64,000 bases of DNA, from the NCBI GenBank assembly GCA_964035545.1, contig OZ037769.1, forward strand, positions 7,483,929 to 7,547,928, given 5' to 3'. The stretch is from Bugula neritina. Lineage: Eukaryota > Animalia > Bryozoa. The position numbers were made by a program, and so were the translations under genes. The notes beneath the pieces were generated by a model. That model searched no databases, was not told where the DNA came from, and saw nothing but the letters and a program-made list of their open reading frames with translations. This document shows positions 63,683-64,000 of the stretch, one piece after another. How positions within the stretch are numbered: the first letter of the stretch is position 1; each line of letters starts with the position of its first letter.

Positions 63683-64000
63683 TATGCTTTTGCTAGATTT
63701 CAATGTATCTGTGAAGTTTTTCAAATTATTTTGCTCACTCTTGTCTTCTGCTAGTCACTGCATGCATAGTGTGTATTTTGCCATAAACAAAATCTATTGT
63801 AGTATTTGTATTTTTTTGGAGTGGCATACTTTATTTTTTCCCAATCAAAACTCTCATTGCCATTTAGAATTTAATCTTTAAACTTGTGTAATTTATTGTT
63901 CTAAATTAAATCACATTATTATTGACTTCGGTTCAGGCTTAGCAGTCTATTCCACTATTCATAAATCACAAATAGTTTCATGTTGTTTATATTTTATCAT

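Overview
AT-rich, intron-dense metazoan (invertebrate-like) nuclear DNA; the organism cannot be fixed from sequence alone. The first ~29 kb is a compact gene block whose exons I spliced by hand with consistent phases: the 5' part of PTCD2 (-), a 16-exon THADA/Trm732-like gene (+) that appears to stop at ~731 aa, complete POFUT2 (-) and a complete class-I eIF4E (+). A decayed Tc1/mariner lies between POFUT2 and eIF4E. The remaining ~35 kb is transposon-dominated. It holds two hammerhead-ribozyme-shaped modules embedded in (TA)n tracts (31.4-31.7 kb), hAT-like elements and MITEs, tRNA-derived SINEs, and a very young non-autonomous Gag-protease-only LTR element with identical LTRs, a triplicated PPT/LTR junction and a His-Gly-Gly octapeptide-repeat frame. 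It also holds an intact Ty3/Gypsy element, a THAP-domain remnant, nested decayed Gypsy/LINE pieces, and a decayed SUV3 helicase locus with scrambled exon order. Gene calls rest on recalled similarity to well-known proteins, not on database searches.
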